From the IMG/VR virus record IMGVR_UViG_3300049027_000047, positions 4,559-68,558 of that record: a stretch of 64,000 bases of DNA; one strand, written 5' to 3'. Position 1 is the stretch's first letter. Every line of letters begins with the position of its first letter. The DNA is from a virus. Positions 27,401 to 37,500 of the stretch are shown here, piece by piece. The position numbers were made by a program, and so were the translations under genes. The notes below the pieces were generated by a model. It was not told the DNA's origin. It was given only the letters and a program-made list of their open reading frames with translations, and made no database searches.

Positions 27401-27407
27401 CGGGTCA

Positions 27408-28133
27408 ATGCCTGATCCTATTGCTCTCACTATTATCAGTCCCTCCTACGAAAAGATGGGACGAGAAGCGGTGAAGAGGGTTCGGAAGCACACGGGATTG
27501 GATGTAAAAGTGGTCCGTTGTCCTGACGCTGAGGGGTTCAAAATGAAACTGCGGCTGGATGAACTGGCAGGAAATCGACCTGTGCTGTTCTTTGATTGCG
27601 ATTACTGGATGCTTCAGCCATGGGATTTACGTGGGTTCTTGGGTGCTCCAACAGTGATGGCTGTCCATGACTCGGCGGTGTTCCAGCCTGCCTCATTCGT
27701 TCATCAGGACTGCCTGTTTCATGGTTTGGACTGGCAGAGGTATATCAACACAGGAGCCATGTGCCTCGATTTCAGCAGGAAAGAGCACCGTGATGTCATG
27801 ATTCTGTCACGACAGATTTACTGGAGGATCAAGGCTGGAAAGATTCAGACGGCTGACAACACGGACCAGTTCGCCATCAATGCCGCTCTGATTCAACTCG
27901 GGACGCCGCAAACCCTCCTCCCCATCAAATACAATTTCTACTCCAAAAGCGTGGAATGGGGTCAGCTCCCGTTCTACCCGAGGGATATAGTGGGGCTGCA
28001 TGCTGCTGGGTATGTCCGTGACGAGAAGCTTGCAGCCCTTAAAAGGGAGGCGGCATTCTTTGAGAGGAACAACCACCCCATGCTGCCCGGTTCCGTAAAC
28101 TTTGAATTCCACCGTTGGTTTGATCTCCGATGA
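27408..28133 (+). CDS. GT8-like glycosyltransferase
   Basis: FFDCD (DxD), YINTG, DQFAIN, YNF, LHAAG. Confidence 0.8.
   Translation: MPDPIALTIISPSYEKMGREAVKRVRKHTGLDVKVVRCPDAEGFKMKLRLDELAGNRPVLFFDCDYWMLQPWDLRGFLGAPTVMAVHDSAVFQPASFVHQDCLFHGLDWQRYINTGAMCLDFSRKEHRDVMILSRQIYWRIKAGKIQTADNTDQFAINAALIQLGTPQTLLPIKYNFYSKSVEWGQLPFYPRDIVGLHAAGYVRDEKLAALKREAAFFERNNHPMLPGSVNFEFHRWFDLR
27803..27816. repeat. dispersed palindrome copy 10 TCTGTCACGACAGA
   Basis: inside CDS. Confidence 0.9.
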
Positions 28134-28855
28134 AACACGCATTCTACATCACTGCCTACAACGATCCGAAGGAAGCGTCCAGATCAATGGCCCAGTTTGG
28201 ACCTCTCTTCCCAGAAGCTGAGAAATTCCTTTCCAACCAGTCCTCTGAGGAGTTCTGGGGCGAGTACGATGCGCTCTGTAAGGAACATGGGTTCACTCAC
28301 TTGAAATGGACCAATGAGGGGGCAAGCGCTGCCAAGCGTAAAGTGGTAAAGCATGCTCATCAGAACGGCTTTGGAATCATCTCCCAGATCAGTGAAGACT
28401 TTGAACTCACTCCATTTGAGGACACTAACCCGTCTGTAGCCAACGGCAGGAATCACTTCGTTAAAGATGCATTGAAGATCCTCACAGAGGAGCCGAAACT
28501 GGCGTTCATGCATTGGACCTACATCCGCAGCGGGGTTCATCAAGGATACTTCTGGTCCCTCACCAGAGGGCCTTCCATGCGATTTAGACGCCATCCTAAA
28601 ACCGTTCTGCCTTACCTAGATGGGGAAGTATCCCTGTTCAACTGGCCCTACACAGGCAAGGTCAAAGAAGTGGATGAGCTTTGGGAACAGGCTCTCATTT
28701 TTACCCCTAAGGACACCCAAGAGGTGAATGACAACAAAGCTAGCGGTGGAGAGTACGCTTTGACCCAAGTGTCTCTTGGGAAGGGTGGATGCCTTGTAGC
28801 CCACCCTGTGCGTCATACAGACCGCGCCAAGAAACCGGAGGGAAGCATGTCATGA
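28130..28855 (+). CDS. GT2-like glycosyltransferase
   Basis: YITAYN start, NEGASAAK, SEDF (DxD-like), late HTD. Confidence 0.6.
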   Translation: MKHAFYITAYNDPKEASRSMAQFGPLFPEAEKFLSNQSSEEFWGEYDALCKEHGFTHLKWTNEGASAAKRKVVKHAHQNGFGIISQISEDFELTPFEDTNPSVANGRNHFVKDALKILTEEPKLAFMHWTYIRSGVHQGYFWSLTRGPSMRFRRHPKTVLPYLDGEVSLFNWPYTGKVKEVDELWEQALIFTPKDTQEVNDNKASGGEYALTQVSLGKGGCLVAHPVRHTDRAKKPEGSMS

Positions 28856-29523
28856 AAGCTTTTACCACATTTACTGCAAACTACCTCCCAATGGCCAAGG
28901 AAGCGGGAGACCGTTTCATGCGTTTTGGCGGCATTTCCCATGTTGATTACATCAGATGCAAGGATGCCAGAGAATGCTACAAGCTGAGGATGGAGACTCT
29001 GCTCAACTACCAAGAGCCTGTCTGGCATTTTGATTCGGACCTCTGGATGTTGCAGGAGTGTCTTCTTCCAACTCCCTCGAAGAACTTGGTGTTTGCAGCC
29101 CCGTCTGATGGGTTGAATGCCCGGTACATGAAGACCGTCGTCCCGCCTTGTTCAGCGCTGGACACCTGTCTAGTGGGGCTGGATATGGGCCATGAACCCA
29201 TCAGGAAGCTCGTAGAGCGGGCCATTGAGCTACAGGCCGGGGATTACAGGGACGACACGACTGCCTTCAACCTCGCCTTCCACAATGAGCCGTGGGTGCT
29301 GCTCGCACGGTTGAGCAACACATGGAACTGGTGCGGGCCACCCAAAGAGCGGACCATCGCCATGCACTGCGCCCTCAGACCTGACAAGCTGGAATGGTTG
29401 ACCAAGAACTCGGAAGCTTATGAACACCTACCAAGACAGGTATCTGGCCCACCAGGGAAGGAAGCGGGAGGTTCTCATGGAAATAATGAAGGAGAGGCAC
29501 TCGCTGAGGGTGTTCAGGGATGA
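28852..29523 (+). CDS. GT-A (GT8-like) glycosyltransferase
   Basis: HFDSD, DTTAFN, WNW, MHCA; resembles 27408..28133. Confidence 0.65.
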   Translation: MKAFTTFTANYLPMAKEAGDRFMRFGGISHVDYIRCKDARECYKLRMETLLNYQEPVWHFDSDLWMLQECLLPTPSKNLVFAAPSDGLNARYMKTVVPPCSALDTCLVGLDMGHEPIRKLVERAIELQAGDYRDDTTAFNLAFHNEPWVLLARLSNTWNWCGPPKERTIAMHCALRPDKLEWLTKNSEAYEHLPRQVSGPPGKEAGGSHGNNEGEALAEGVQG

Positions 29524-29929
29524 AAGAGTCCCTGATGAGACTGTAGCTGAACTGGTAAAGTCCGTCATCTACTGCCCCTCCTCCTGTGACCGGAAGGCCA
29601 TCAGGATCGTCAGGATCAACGACAGGGACAATAAGGCCCTGCTGGGAGGTATTCTTGTGGGAGGAACAGGATGGATACACCGCGCCCCTGAAATCTTCCT
29701 CCTCATGGCTGACAGAGAGGCGTACAAGGCTCTGGGAGAGGTCCAATACATGCCCTACTTGGATGCTGGGGTGGTCGTGCAGCAGCTTTACCTCTGCGCT
29801 ACAGCGTTGGGTCTTGCTTCAACGTTCTGCAACCCTTCTATCCGGGAGGTGAATAAGGAGCACTTCCACAAGGTGTTCGGGGATGGGATATTCTGCGGGG
29901 CCTTTGCTTTTGGCCACAAAGCAGGTTGA
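29420..29929 (+). CDS. nitroreductase family flavoprotein
   Basis: RHSLRVF, CPSSCDRK, DAGVVVQQLYLCATALGLAS. Confidence 0.85.
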   Translation: MNTYQDRYLAHQGRKREVLMEIMKERHSLRVFRDERVPDETVAELVKSVIYCPSSCDRKAIRIVRINDRDNKALLGGILVGGTGWIHRAPEIFLLMADREAYKALGEVQYMPYLDAGVVVQQLYLCATALGLASTFCNPSIREVNKEHFHKVFGDGIFCGAFAFGHKAG

Positions 29930-29954
29930 CTATCCAATTCTGCTGGCATAACAT
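29926..29954 (+). promoter_or_regulatory. tRNA cluster promoter
   Basis: TTGACT-17-TAACAT. Confidence 0.6.
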
Positions 29955-30019
29955 TACCCACATGATTCTACATCGACCGCGACCAAGCCGAAATCGGCTC
30001 CAGCAACGTCCCTGAAAGT

Positions 30020-30093
30020 AGGGACTTGGTGTAGTGGTAGCGCAATGGGCTTTGAACCCATCGGGACAAGTTCAATTCTTGTAGTCCCTTCCA
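30020..30093 (+). tRNA. tRNA-Gln(UUG)
   Basis: acceptor AGGGACT/AGTCCCT, anticodon arm ATGGG-CTTTGAA-CCCAT, T loop TTCAATT, CCA end. Confidence 0.9.
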
Positions 30094-30095
30094 AA

Positions 30096-30170
30096 TGTCG
30101 GGTAGAACAGCGGTAGTTCAGCGGATTGTTAATCCGCAGGTCAATGGTTCGAATCCATTCCCGACAGCCA
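30096..30170 (+). tRNA. tRNA-Asn(GUU)
   Basis: TGTCGGG/CCCGACA, GCGGA-TTGTTAA-TCCGC, GGTTCGAATCC, CCA. Confidence 0.92.
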
Positions 30171-30265
30171 ATTTACGACACCGAGTAGTCAGTTGGTCTG
30201 ACGACTCACAGCTCAAGTCGAGAAGTCGTCCGGCGTCCCCAGCCGTTTGAGTAGGGGAGATTTAT

Positions 30266-30341
30266 CGGGATGTAGCGCAGTGGTCAGCGTACTCGCCTTG
30301 GAAGCGAGTGGCCGTTGGTTCGAGTCCAACCATCCCGACCA
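30266..30341 (+). tRNA. tRNA-Pro(UGG)
   Basis: CGGGATG/CATCCCG, CTCGC-CTTGGAA-GCGAG, GGTTCGAGTCC, CCA. Confidence 0.92.
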
Positions 30342-30345
30342 TTTT

Positions 30346-30417
30346 GCATCGTTCGTCCAAAGGATAGGACGCAGGGCTACGAACCCTGAGATTTAGGTTC
30401 GAGTCCTGAGCGGTGCA
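30346..30417 (+). tRNA. tRNA-Arg(ACG)
   Basis: GCATCGT/GCGGTGC, CAGGG-CTACGAA-CCCTG, GGTTCGAGTCC; CCA not encoded (CTA). Confidence 0.9.
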
Positions 30418-30529
30418 CTATTTTCTTCTTGCGCTTCATGCCAAGGATTGTAGTTTTGATGCAGCCAATCCGATTGCTGTCACAATCAGGCGTAGATTTC
30501 CGAGGGAGAGAATCCTGAGGCAGAATACC

Positions 30530-30572
30530 GAAACCCCCGAGTTGTGACAGCGGCCCGGGGGTTTCCTGTTTA
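30530..30572 (+). terminator. terminator/attenuator hairpin
   Basis: GAAACCCCCG-N16-CGGGGGTTTC followed by CTGTTT. Confidence 0.6.
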
Positions 30573-30926
30573 CAGGAAGGATGACGCTTGACCCTCTCAT
30601 CTGCTAAACAGGGGCCAGAGACCACCGAGAGGGTTCTCACAGCGCAATAGTGCAGGGCAGGGATGTTCAGTGCGTGCGGCGCTTTAAAAGCTAGCAGACA
30701 CCTAGGCGAAAGCTGGGAATTGCCGGAGAAATCTGACTGTTCTGGACGGGTGGATAATCATTGTTCAAGGGGTTACCCCATTCTGACTTCTCACTTTCCT
30801 GTGGGGAGGAGGGAGGGGTTTGGCTGATATAGATGCTCGGTGCTTTAAGAGAGGAAGCGCAGTCTCCTCTTCTACCCTTCCAAGTTAGCTGTTGCAGGTC
30901 CCTGATATTCAGGCATAATCCCCTCT

Positions 30927-31901
30927 GTGAACACAGAATTGACCGTCCAACTCGCTGCCAGTCTTCTGTCAGAGTTCACTGGTCCTAATTTCGTCAAGAA
31001 CCTCAACCTCGTCCGGCAGCGTCTGATGCTCAGCGGACTCTGGAAAGGCGTTTGCAACTTGGGAACGTACACGTTGCCTGCTGGGCAGGGTTACTTCACT
31101 CTTTCCCGTGGTGATGAGAGTATTCTAGGCATCGACATCTGCTCCCGCCCTGTTGAGGTGTACAACATCTGGTACCCATTCAACCCTGATGGGATCGGGT
31201 ACATGCCAGAGGATAAAAGGGGTTGCGGCCCTTTGGTGGACATTGGGGATGGGTACGTGGTCCAGAAGGACATCTCCGAAAACTGCACTCTCCGTCTCAA
31301 GCTGGAAGACGCTGCTGACGCTAGTAAAACCGTTAGATTGTTCGGTCTGGATGAGGATGGGAGGGAGATTTACGACACCAACGGTTTCAAAGGCATCACC
31401 CTCACCACGGCTTCCCCCTCGTCGGACACCACGCAGGTCTTCTCTCGCATCACGGGAATCCAATTCCCGTTCATGCAAGGGTATTCCACGCTCTGGCAGG
31501 TCGTCAGTGGGGTGGAGACCCAAATCGGGGTATATGCACCGGGTGAAATGATCCCATGCTACCGCCGCTACAAGACAGGAATTCTCAATCAGAACGATGA
31601 TGTCACTCTACGGACTTATTGCCGTCAACGCTTCGTCTCTGTTGTCGCTCCTACTGACTACGTGATCCCTGATAATGTCGGGGCGTACAAATACGGATTC
31701 CTCGGCCTAAAACATGAGGATGCTGGCCGGATTGAAGAGGCTGACATCTGCTGGGCGAGAAGCGAAAAACTTCTTAACGAACAGCTTGCCGCCCTCCGTG
31801 GATCAGCTGTCACAACCCTCCGCATCCGTGGAAATGAAGACCTTCAGGGTTACGCATGGGTTGGTGGGTATGGCTACGGTTACGGCAGGACGGTGAACTG
31901 A
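30927..31901 (+). CDS. putative tail tubular/adaptor protein
   Basis: 324 aa ahead of ejection-like genes; helical C-terminus typical of podovirus adaptors; 7 Cys. Confidence 0.55.
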   Translation: MNTELTVQLAASLLSEFTGPNFVKNLNLVRQRLMLSGLWKGVCNLGTYTLPAGQGYFTLSRGDESILGIDICSRPVEVYNIWYPFNPDGIGYMPEDKRGCGPLVDIGDGYVVQKDISENCTLRLKLEDAADASKTVRLFGLDEDGREIYDTNGFKGITLTTASPSSDTTQVFSRITGIQFPFMQGYSTLWQVVSGVETQIGVYAPGEMIPCYRRYKTGILNQNDDVTLRTYCRQRFVSVVAPTDYVIPDNVGAYKYGFLGLKHEDAGRIEEADICWARSEKLLNEQLAALRGSAVTTLRIRGNEDLQGYAWVGGYGYGYGRTVN

Positions 31902-32004
31902 AGTCCATATGCTGTTGATACTGAATAGTTTTTATGCTAAAATGACAAAGCTGAGAGCCTGTTTCCGCAGACTCCCAGCCTCTAACCCTAGACATGCTGT
32001 AATC

Positions 32005-32700
32005 ATGAATAGAACTGACATCATCAAGCCACAGACGCAGTCCACATTCAAGGACATTACTGGACAAAAGTTTAACCGTTTGACCGTTCTCGGAGTCAGC
32101 GCATCAACTCCAAAATGGCCGTATATGTGGGTTGTGAAATGCGACTGCGGGAATATACGGGTATCTGGTAAAAGTCATCTTTCCCTAGGGAAATACACTA
32201 GCTGCGGGTGTAGAAAAGCTGAAAATAAATCTACCCACGGGGCCACCAGAAAAGGGAGCATCAAGACTCAGGAATATGGCATCTGGGAAAAGATGAAAGC
32301 CCGTTGCTACAACCCTTCTCAGCATGCTTACCATAGATATGGAGGCCGTGGAATTTTGATGTGCGAAAGATGGAGAACCTCCTTCAGCGCATTTTATGAG
32401 GATATGGGCAAGAGACCGTCAAAACTGTATCAGATTGACAGGATAGACAATGATGGCCCATACTCGCCTGAAAATTGTAGGTGGGTCACTAGGAAAGAGC
32501 AGTCGAGAAATAAATCCACAAATGTTTTACTTCATGCTTTTGGTGAAACGCTGTGTGTTACAGACTGGGCAAATCGACTAGGTATCACCACTTCTTCCCT
32601 TTCTAAGCGCCTGAGAAAGGGATGGCCATTAGAGGTCGCTCTCTCTACCCCACGAACCTTAAAATTCAACAAATGTACCCATGCCGTACACCCCATTTAA
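32005..32700 (+). CDS. HNH homing endonuclease
   Basis: DITGQKFNRLTV, CDCG, YGGRGILMCERW, QIDRIDNDGPYSPENCRW; AT-richer than flanks. Confidence 0.85.
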   Translation: MNRTDIIKPQTQSTFKDITGQKFNRLTVLGVSASTPKWPYMWVVKCDCGNIRVSGKSHLSLGKYTSCGCRKAENKSTHGATRKGSIKTQEYGIWEKMKARCYNPSQHAYHRYGGRGILMCERWRTSFSAFYEDMGKRPSKLYQIDRIDNDGPYSPENCRWVTRKEQSRNKSTNVLLHAFGETLCVTDWANRLGITTSSLSKRLRKGWPLEVALSTPRTLKFNKCTHAVHPI

Positions 32701-33586
32701 ATTTTTAGATCCAGCTTCCCAAAATACTTCGGGTAGGGGAGGGTTGTCCACGTCTAGGGGAGGTCAAACATGGTTGGGTGCAGCCCCAGTTCCTCAATCT
32801 GTAGCCCCTGCTGGCGGGACTCGGCTCATGCCATCCCGCAGACGTTCTGTAGCCCCACTAGGCTCCACTATCACCTACAACGGCGGATCTGGCGGCATGG
32901 GCAGGCGTCAGCCATCTGGAGGCGGTGACATGTCCAGCCGTCCAACATTTCTTTCATCAGACGCCTATTACAACGCCCGTGGCTCTGGTCTGGACTGGCT
33001 GGAACGCTACGGTCCTAACCGTGGATCACAAGCTGCTCCATCCCTTGGATCTGCTTCCTACGGTGGGCGCACATTGCCATCAAATGGCACCATCACCAAC
33101 GCTGCTGGCACCCGTGCACGTTCTGGGAACTCGGTGATTGACTTCACCACTGGTCAGAACCTTCCAGCCACCAATCCCTACACTGAACTCACTGGAGACT
33201 ACGATGCCCCTGTAAGCGATACATCCCCTGAAGGACGGTTTGCCCGTATGGGACAGGAACAGGAGATGCTGGCTGCTGAAGGACTGGAAGCTGGTCGCGC
33301 TGCTGCCAATCAAGTCCGTCAGATGCAGGATCAGGCATCTGTCCCAGCCCTGACCCAAACTGCCACACCTTCTGGCCTTGGAAGGATGGCTACAGGGCGC
33401 TACGGGGTTGGATCAGTGTATCCAACAGGAGGAGGTCCATCCAAATCCTTTGGACGATTCAACTCCCCTTCGCCTGAAGCTGACCGACAGGTTGAGTTGG
33501 GAGAGAAGGCCATCGCCAACAGGCGCAAGGCTGGCATCTCTGAACAAAGCCTCCTGGATTCCTATTACCGCAGATTCGGCCGATGA
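32681..33586 (+). CDS. putative internal virion/ejection protein
   Basis: G/S/A-rich low-complexity ORF before the giant gene. Confidence 0.5.
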   Translation: MPYTPFKFLDPASQNTSGRGGLSTSRGGQTWLGAAPVPQSVAPAGGTRLMPSRRRSVAPLGSTITYNGGSGGMGRRQPSGGGDMSSRPTFLSSDAYYNARGSGLDWLERYGPNRGSQAAPSLGSASYGGRTLPSNGTITNAAGTRARSGNSVIDFTTGQNLPATNPYTELTGDYDAPVSDTSPEGRFARMGQEQEMLAAEGLEAGRAAANQVRQMQDQASVPALTQTATPSGLGRMATGRYGVGSVYPTGGGPSKSFGRFNSPSPEADRQVELGEKAIANRRKAGISEQSLLDSYYRRFGR

Positions 33587-34587
33587 ATTTCAACCGGACC
33601 AACGCCCAAGACTTCCTTGGTGAGATGAGTCCTGCCGGGCAGCGTGTCCAGCAGGCTCTTTCGCCTTATCAGCAATTCCGCGTCAGCGGGAGTGTTACTC
33701 CTCCTGCTCAAGATGTGGGTTTCTCTGATCCATTGGGGGCGTTTGAAGAACTGGACCCAGCAGATGACTCCTTCCTTGAGAAGCAGAGTGTCATCTTCCA
33801 GTCTGCTCCTCCAGAGCTGTTCCGTAGCCCTTCTGTCCAGAACCGGATCAGACAGGCCAATGCAGCCCATGCAGAGGCCCAGACCTACTTCAAGGAAGAT
33901 CCAACACTGGTGGACTTCTACATCGAACAGCGGGGTCAGAACATTCCTCCTTCTGTGGCGCTGGGGGAACTCAGGAAGCGTGCGCAGGACAACTCCCTCA
34001 AAGGAGCGTTCCTGAAAGCTGGTGGATTGGTGGATGAGTATGAGACGCTACGTGATCCTACCACGGGACAAGTGGACAGGTTCAAGATGCTTGACTACGT
34101 AAACCGTAGGGAGAGGGAAGCGTCCGTCAAGAAAGCGAATGCTCCCAAGGAACTTCCGGCAGAGGCTTACAGCAGGATCGACAAGGCCCGCTCTGATGTT
34201 GAGAATCTGATGGCCATCTCCTCCGACCCAGCGAAACTGGCAGCGTATTACGAAGACAAGACCAAGAAGAAGATGAACTCGGGCAAGACCGACAATATCG
34301 ACGAAGCTTGGCGGATGATTAATGAAGAACTGAAGGCTGCAAAAGATGTGAATGACCGCACCCTGAGATCGTACAGCAGGCAGTATTCCGTCCCTCCTGA
34401 GCTTGGTGGAGAGGCTCCCGTTGAACCCCAGTGGATGGATGGCCCAAATCTGTTGCAACAGAATGCTCAACCAGAGAGCATCCAGTCCAACGCAGCAGTT
34501 CCTGCCACTGTCGCTCCACCGACTGCCGCCGCTCCCGCCAAGGAGCCAGTCACTTCATGGCTTGAGCGCAACAAGAAAAAGCTCTGA
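33583..34587 (+). CDS. putative internal virion/ejection protein
   Basis: helical; ATGA-coupled; precedes the giant gene. Confidence 0.55.
   Translation: MNFNRTNAQDFLGEMSPAGQRVQQALSPYQQFRVSGSVTPPAQDVGFSDPLGAFEELDPADDSFLEKQSVIFQSAPPELFRSPSVQNRIRQANAAHAEAQTYFKEDPTLVDFYIEQRGQNIPPSVALGELRKRAQDNSLKGAFLKAGGLVDEYETLRDPTTGQVDRFKMLDYVNRREREASVKKANAPKELPAEAYSRIDKARSDVENLMAISSDPAKLAAYYEDKTKKKMNSGKTDNIDEAWRMINEELKAAKDVNDRTLRSYSRQYSVPPELGGEAPVEPQWMDGPNLLQQNAQPESIQSNAAVPATVAPPTAAAPAKEPVTSWLERNKKKL
34449..34462. repeat. dispersed palindrome copy 11 TCTGTTGCAACAGA
   Basis: inside CDS, read as NLLQQN. Confidence 0.9.
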
Positions 34588-34592
34588 TCCAA

Positions 34593-37500
34593 ATGGCAAC
34601 GAATATCCTTCCTCCTGACATTGACGAAATCACTGGATCTGAAGACTGGAAGACCTTTACTCCAGACCAGCGCAATGCCCTGGTAGATGATTGGGCTGTA
34701 CAAGCTCGTAATGCCCAAGACTGGTCCCCTGATGAACTGAAAGCTCTGGATGAGTCTGTAGACTACTTCCGCGCTAATGCGCTGGAGACCTTCGGAGAAC
34801 AGGCCAAGCGTATTGTCAAAGAGGGGGCTGTAGGAGCGGTGAAGTCGCTGGCAGCGCTTCCTCTTGCTGTTCCCAAGCTCGGGTTTCAGACGGGTAAACT
34901 GACTGGTTACGGCCAAGATCCAAACGTCTCTTCACGGGAATTGGTCGAGGCTGCCCCTGAAATTGCAAAAATGGGCGTGGCAGGTGAGCAAACAATCCAA
35001 GGTTTGGATACGCTTCGCCGTCAATACGATCCTTTCACAGACACTGATGAAGAATGGGAGGGGGAGTTCGATTCTCTCAGGCAAGATGTTTTGGATAGGA
35101 AACTTCCTGAAGATCCAGACAAACTGTACGACTACCTCAAGAAGAAGGCATTCAAGATCGCCCAGCAGAACGCCAAGTTTTACGGGGGAGAGGCCGATGA
35201 CTATATGCCCCAAGAGTTCCAAGGCGGCAATGACGAGGAGATTTTCAAGAACTACTTTAACCAGGCCCTCACAGGAAAACGTCCAGAGGGGTTCATCGAG
35301 TTCCGCGATGATACTGTCCCTCAGCAGGGTCTGGTGACTAAGAACCAGTCCCGATCCCTCATCACCTCACCGGAAAACCTTGGCCTGCTGATGAAGTTCA
35401 GCGCCACAAGAAACCCGATGTATTTCGAGGCCCTCAAGCAGCGCCTTGGAAGATCGCGTGAGCGTCAGGTGAGCGATGCGGTCATGGAATACATCGAGGA
35501 CAGGCGTGGAGAGGGAGATTTTTTCGATGATGCTGCTCAGACAATATTTTCTGTAGGTGGACAGTTCCCAGAAGCTGGGAAGGCCATGGAGGAAGAAGTC
35601 AAGGCGCTTGCGTCTTCACCCGTGGACATGGCAAGCACTGTGTTCAGCTTTGGTCTTGGTAAACAGGCCGTCAGGCAGGCAGTAGAGAGAAACCTTCTGA
35701 AGTCTGCTGGCTCTGTTGCAGCAGGTGTTGGTACAGAATTCCTGGAAGGGGCGCTAAGTGGTGTAGCAGACACATCTATTCCCGATCCTAAAAACATCCT
35801 TGAACAGGGTCTCATGGAGGCAGTTGGTGGGGGTGTAATACAGGGCGCTGGAGCAAGTGTTGCAGCCCTAAGGGAGGCTGCAAACAGGTCTGCAATACCA
35901 CTGGATGAAAGTACGCCAGTCGAAACAGTTGATTCCGCTCAACCTCTTCTCACCCCAGAGGAGCAGGTGGAGATAGTGCCTCTTTCTCCTGAAGTGGAAG
36001 AAACTCTTGCTCAGGCAGATGTCGTAGATCAAGCTTCGTCACCTCTTACGGCGGAAGTATTGAGAGAGGAGGCAGACGCCCTTTACCAAGAGGAGACTTC
36101 TCCCATTGAGGAACCCGTTGAGCCTGCTGTTACTGAGCAAGCCTTGGAGGAAGGAGCAGTGGATCTAGCCTCCATGACTCAGGAGGAGTACGCGGACTAT
36201 CTGGCAGAGAATGGAACTCCAGAAGGCGTGTCCATGTACGATGCTTTGACTGCCAGGCCCGACCAGAGGGGGTTCACAGCAGCCCAGAGGGTGGAAGCCT
36301 ACCAAAAGAACAAAGACGCCTCCAAGGCCTTTACACAGCGAATGGTGGATCTTTGGGAGGCGCTTAGACGCACTCCTATTGATGGCATCCTTGCCCGTGG
36401 AGCAGACTCTGGATGGACGAACTTTGAAGTGGGCCAAGACACCCACCAAGCAAGGACGGACCGCTACAAGTCCTACGCGACACTCCGAGACCCTCTTGCT
36501 CTCTCCCAAGAGCAGGCAGTTGGATTTCTTGAGGCCCTGAGAGATGCTGGATACAATGGGCAGGTGAAGTTTCCAGGCATGGGAACAAGAGCGCTCCTGG
36601 GATTTGACAATGTTGTGATGCATGGAGCCTCACAACAGGACGCCGCTCTAGGAGAACAAGTGGCAAGGCAGTTCTTTGGAGGCGACCTAACAGCTACCCA
36701 GTTTGGAGTGGATCGTGGTGGTAAAAGCCATTCACAGAGCCTTGCAGAGCAGACAGAAGCAAAGCGTAAAGCAAATGAAGGAGCCAAGTCTAACGACCCA
36801 ACAGGTGCAGGAACTACGTCTAATGCCAGCCAGGCAGAGGTATCGCAACCTGCTCCGCAAGGGACTCAGCCGACAGGAGGTGCGAAAGCTGCTACACAAG
36901 CACGGCCTGTAAATCTGTCACAACAGAATCCGCTGCTAGAAGCAGACCCTGTTGGCAGACTGGCATCCCAGATTGAGCAGGCTGAAGCGGCTGAAGTCGA
37001 TCCCGCTGAGAAGTCCAAGCTGACAGCTTTCAGGGATCAGCTTCCAGCCATCCTTGACCGTTACCGCAACCTCTTTGAAGGGGTCATGTTCACGCGCCTT
37101 CGCTCAGGAGGTGGCGTCACGACTGGGGAGCTTACTGACACGCTCAGGATTGATCCTCAGAGACTCTTGGAGAACATCATGGCCGCTCCTACGACCGAGG
37201 ATTCCATCGTGGCGTTTGAGACGATGATGGATGAGGAATTCCGGCATCGCGTCACGCTTGAACTGGACAGGACAAACCCAGAGTTCAAGACGGATCTACA
37301 GGCGCTCTGGGACAATCTACCAGAGGATGTTAAGACTGCCTCAGCGGAACTCTACTTCAAAGAGACAGGGGCACGGTACAACTCCGACTGGCAGGCTAAA
37401 CACGAATTTTTCCGCCAGTATTGGCAGGATGCAGACATTCGCAGGCTCACAGAGGCATCCCTGAAAGAAGGGGGACGCTTTGAGTTCCTGCAACGCCTGC

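Noticed and set aside
30198-30240. Second hammerhead (CTGACGA) in the tRNA spacer
   Set aside because: No properly placed GAAA or stem I/III; kept only as an unexplained structured RNA
30924-30937. TCTGTGAACACAGA as a 21st palindrome copy
   Set aside because: Arms match but the centre GAAC breaks the YRYR rule and the 5' flank is C; not counted, though it overlaps a GTG start and may be a weak site
10078-32700. HNH genes as parts of group I introns or inteins
   Set aside because: Both are free-standing between intact genes; no interrupted host gene or intron core seen
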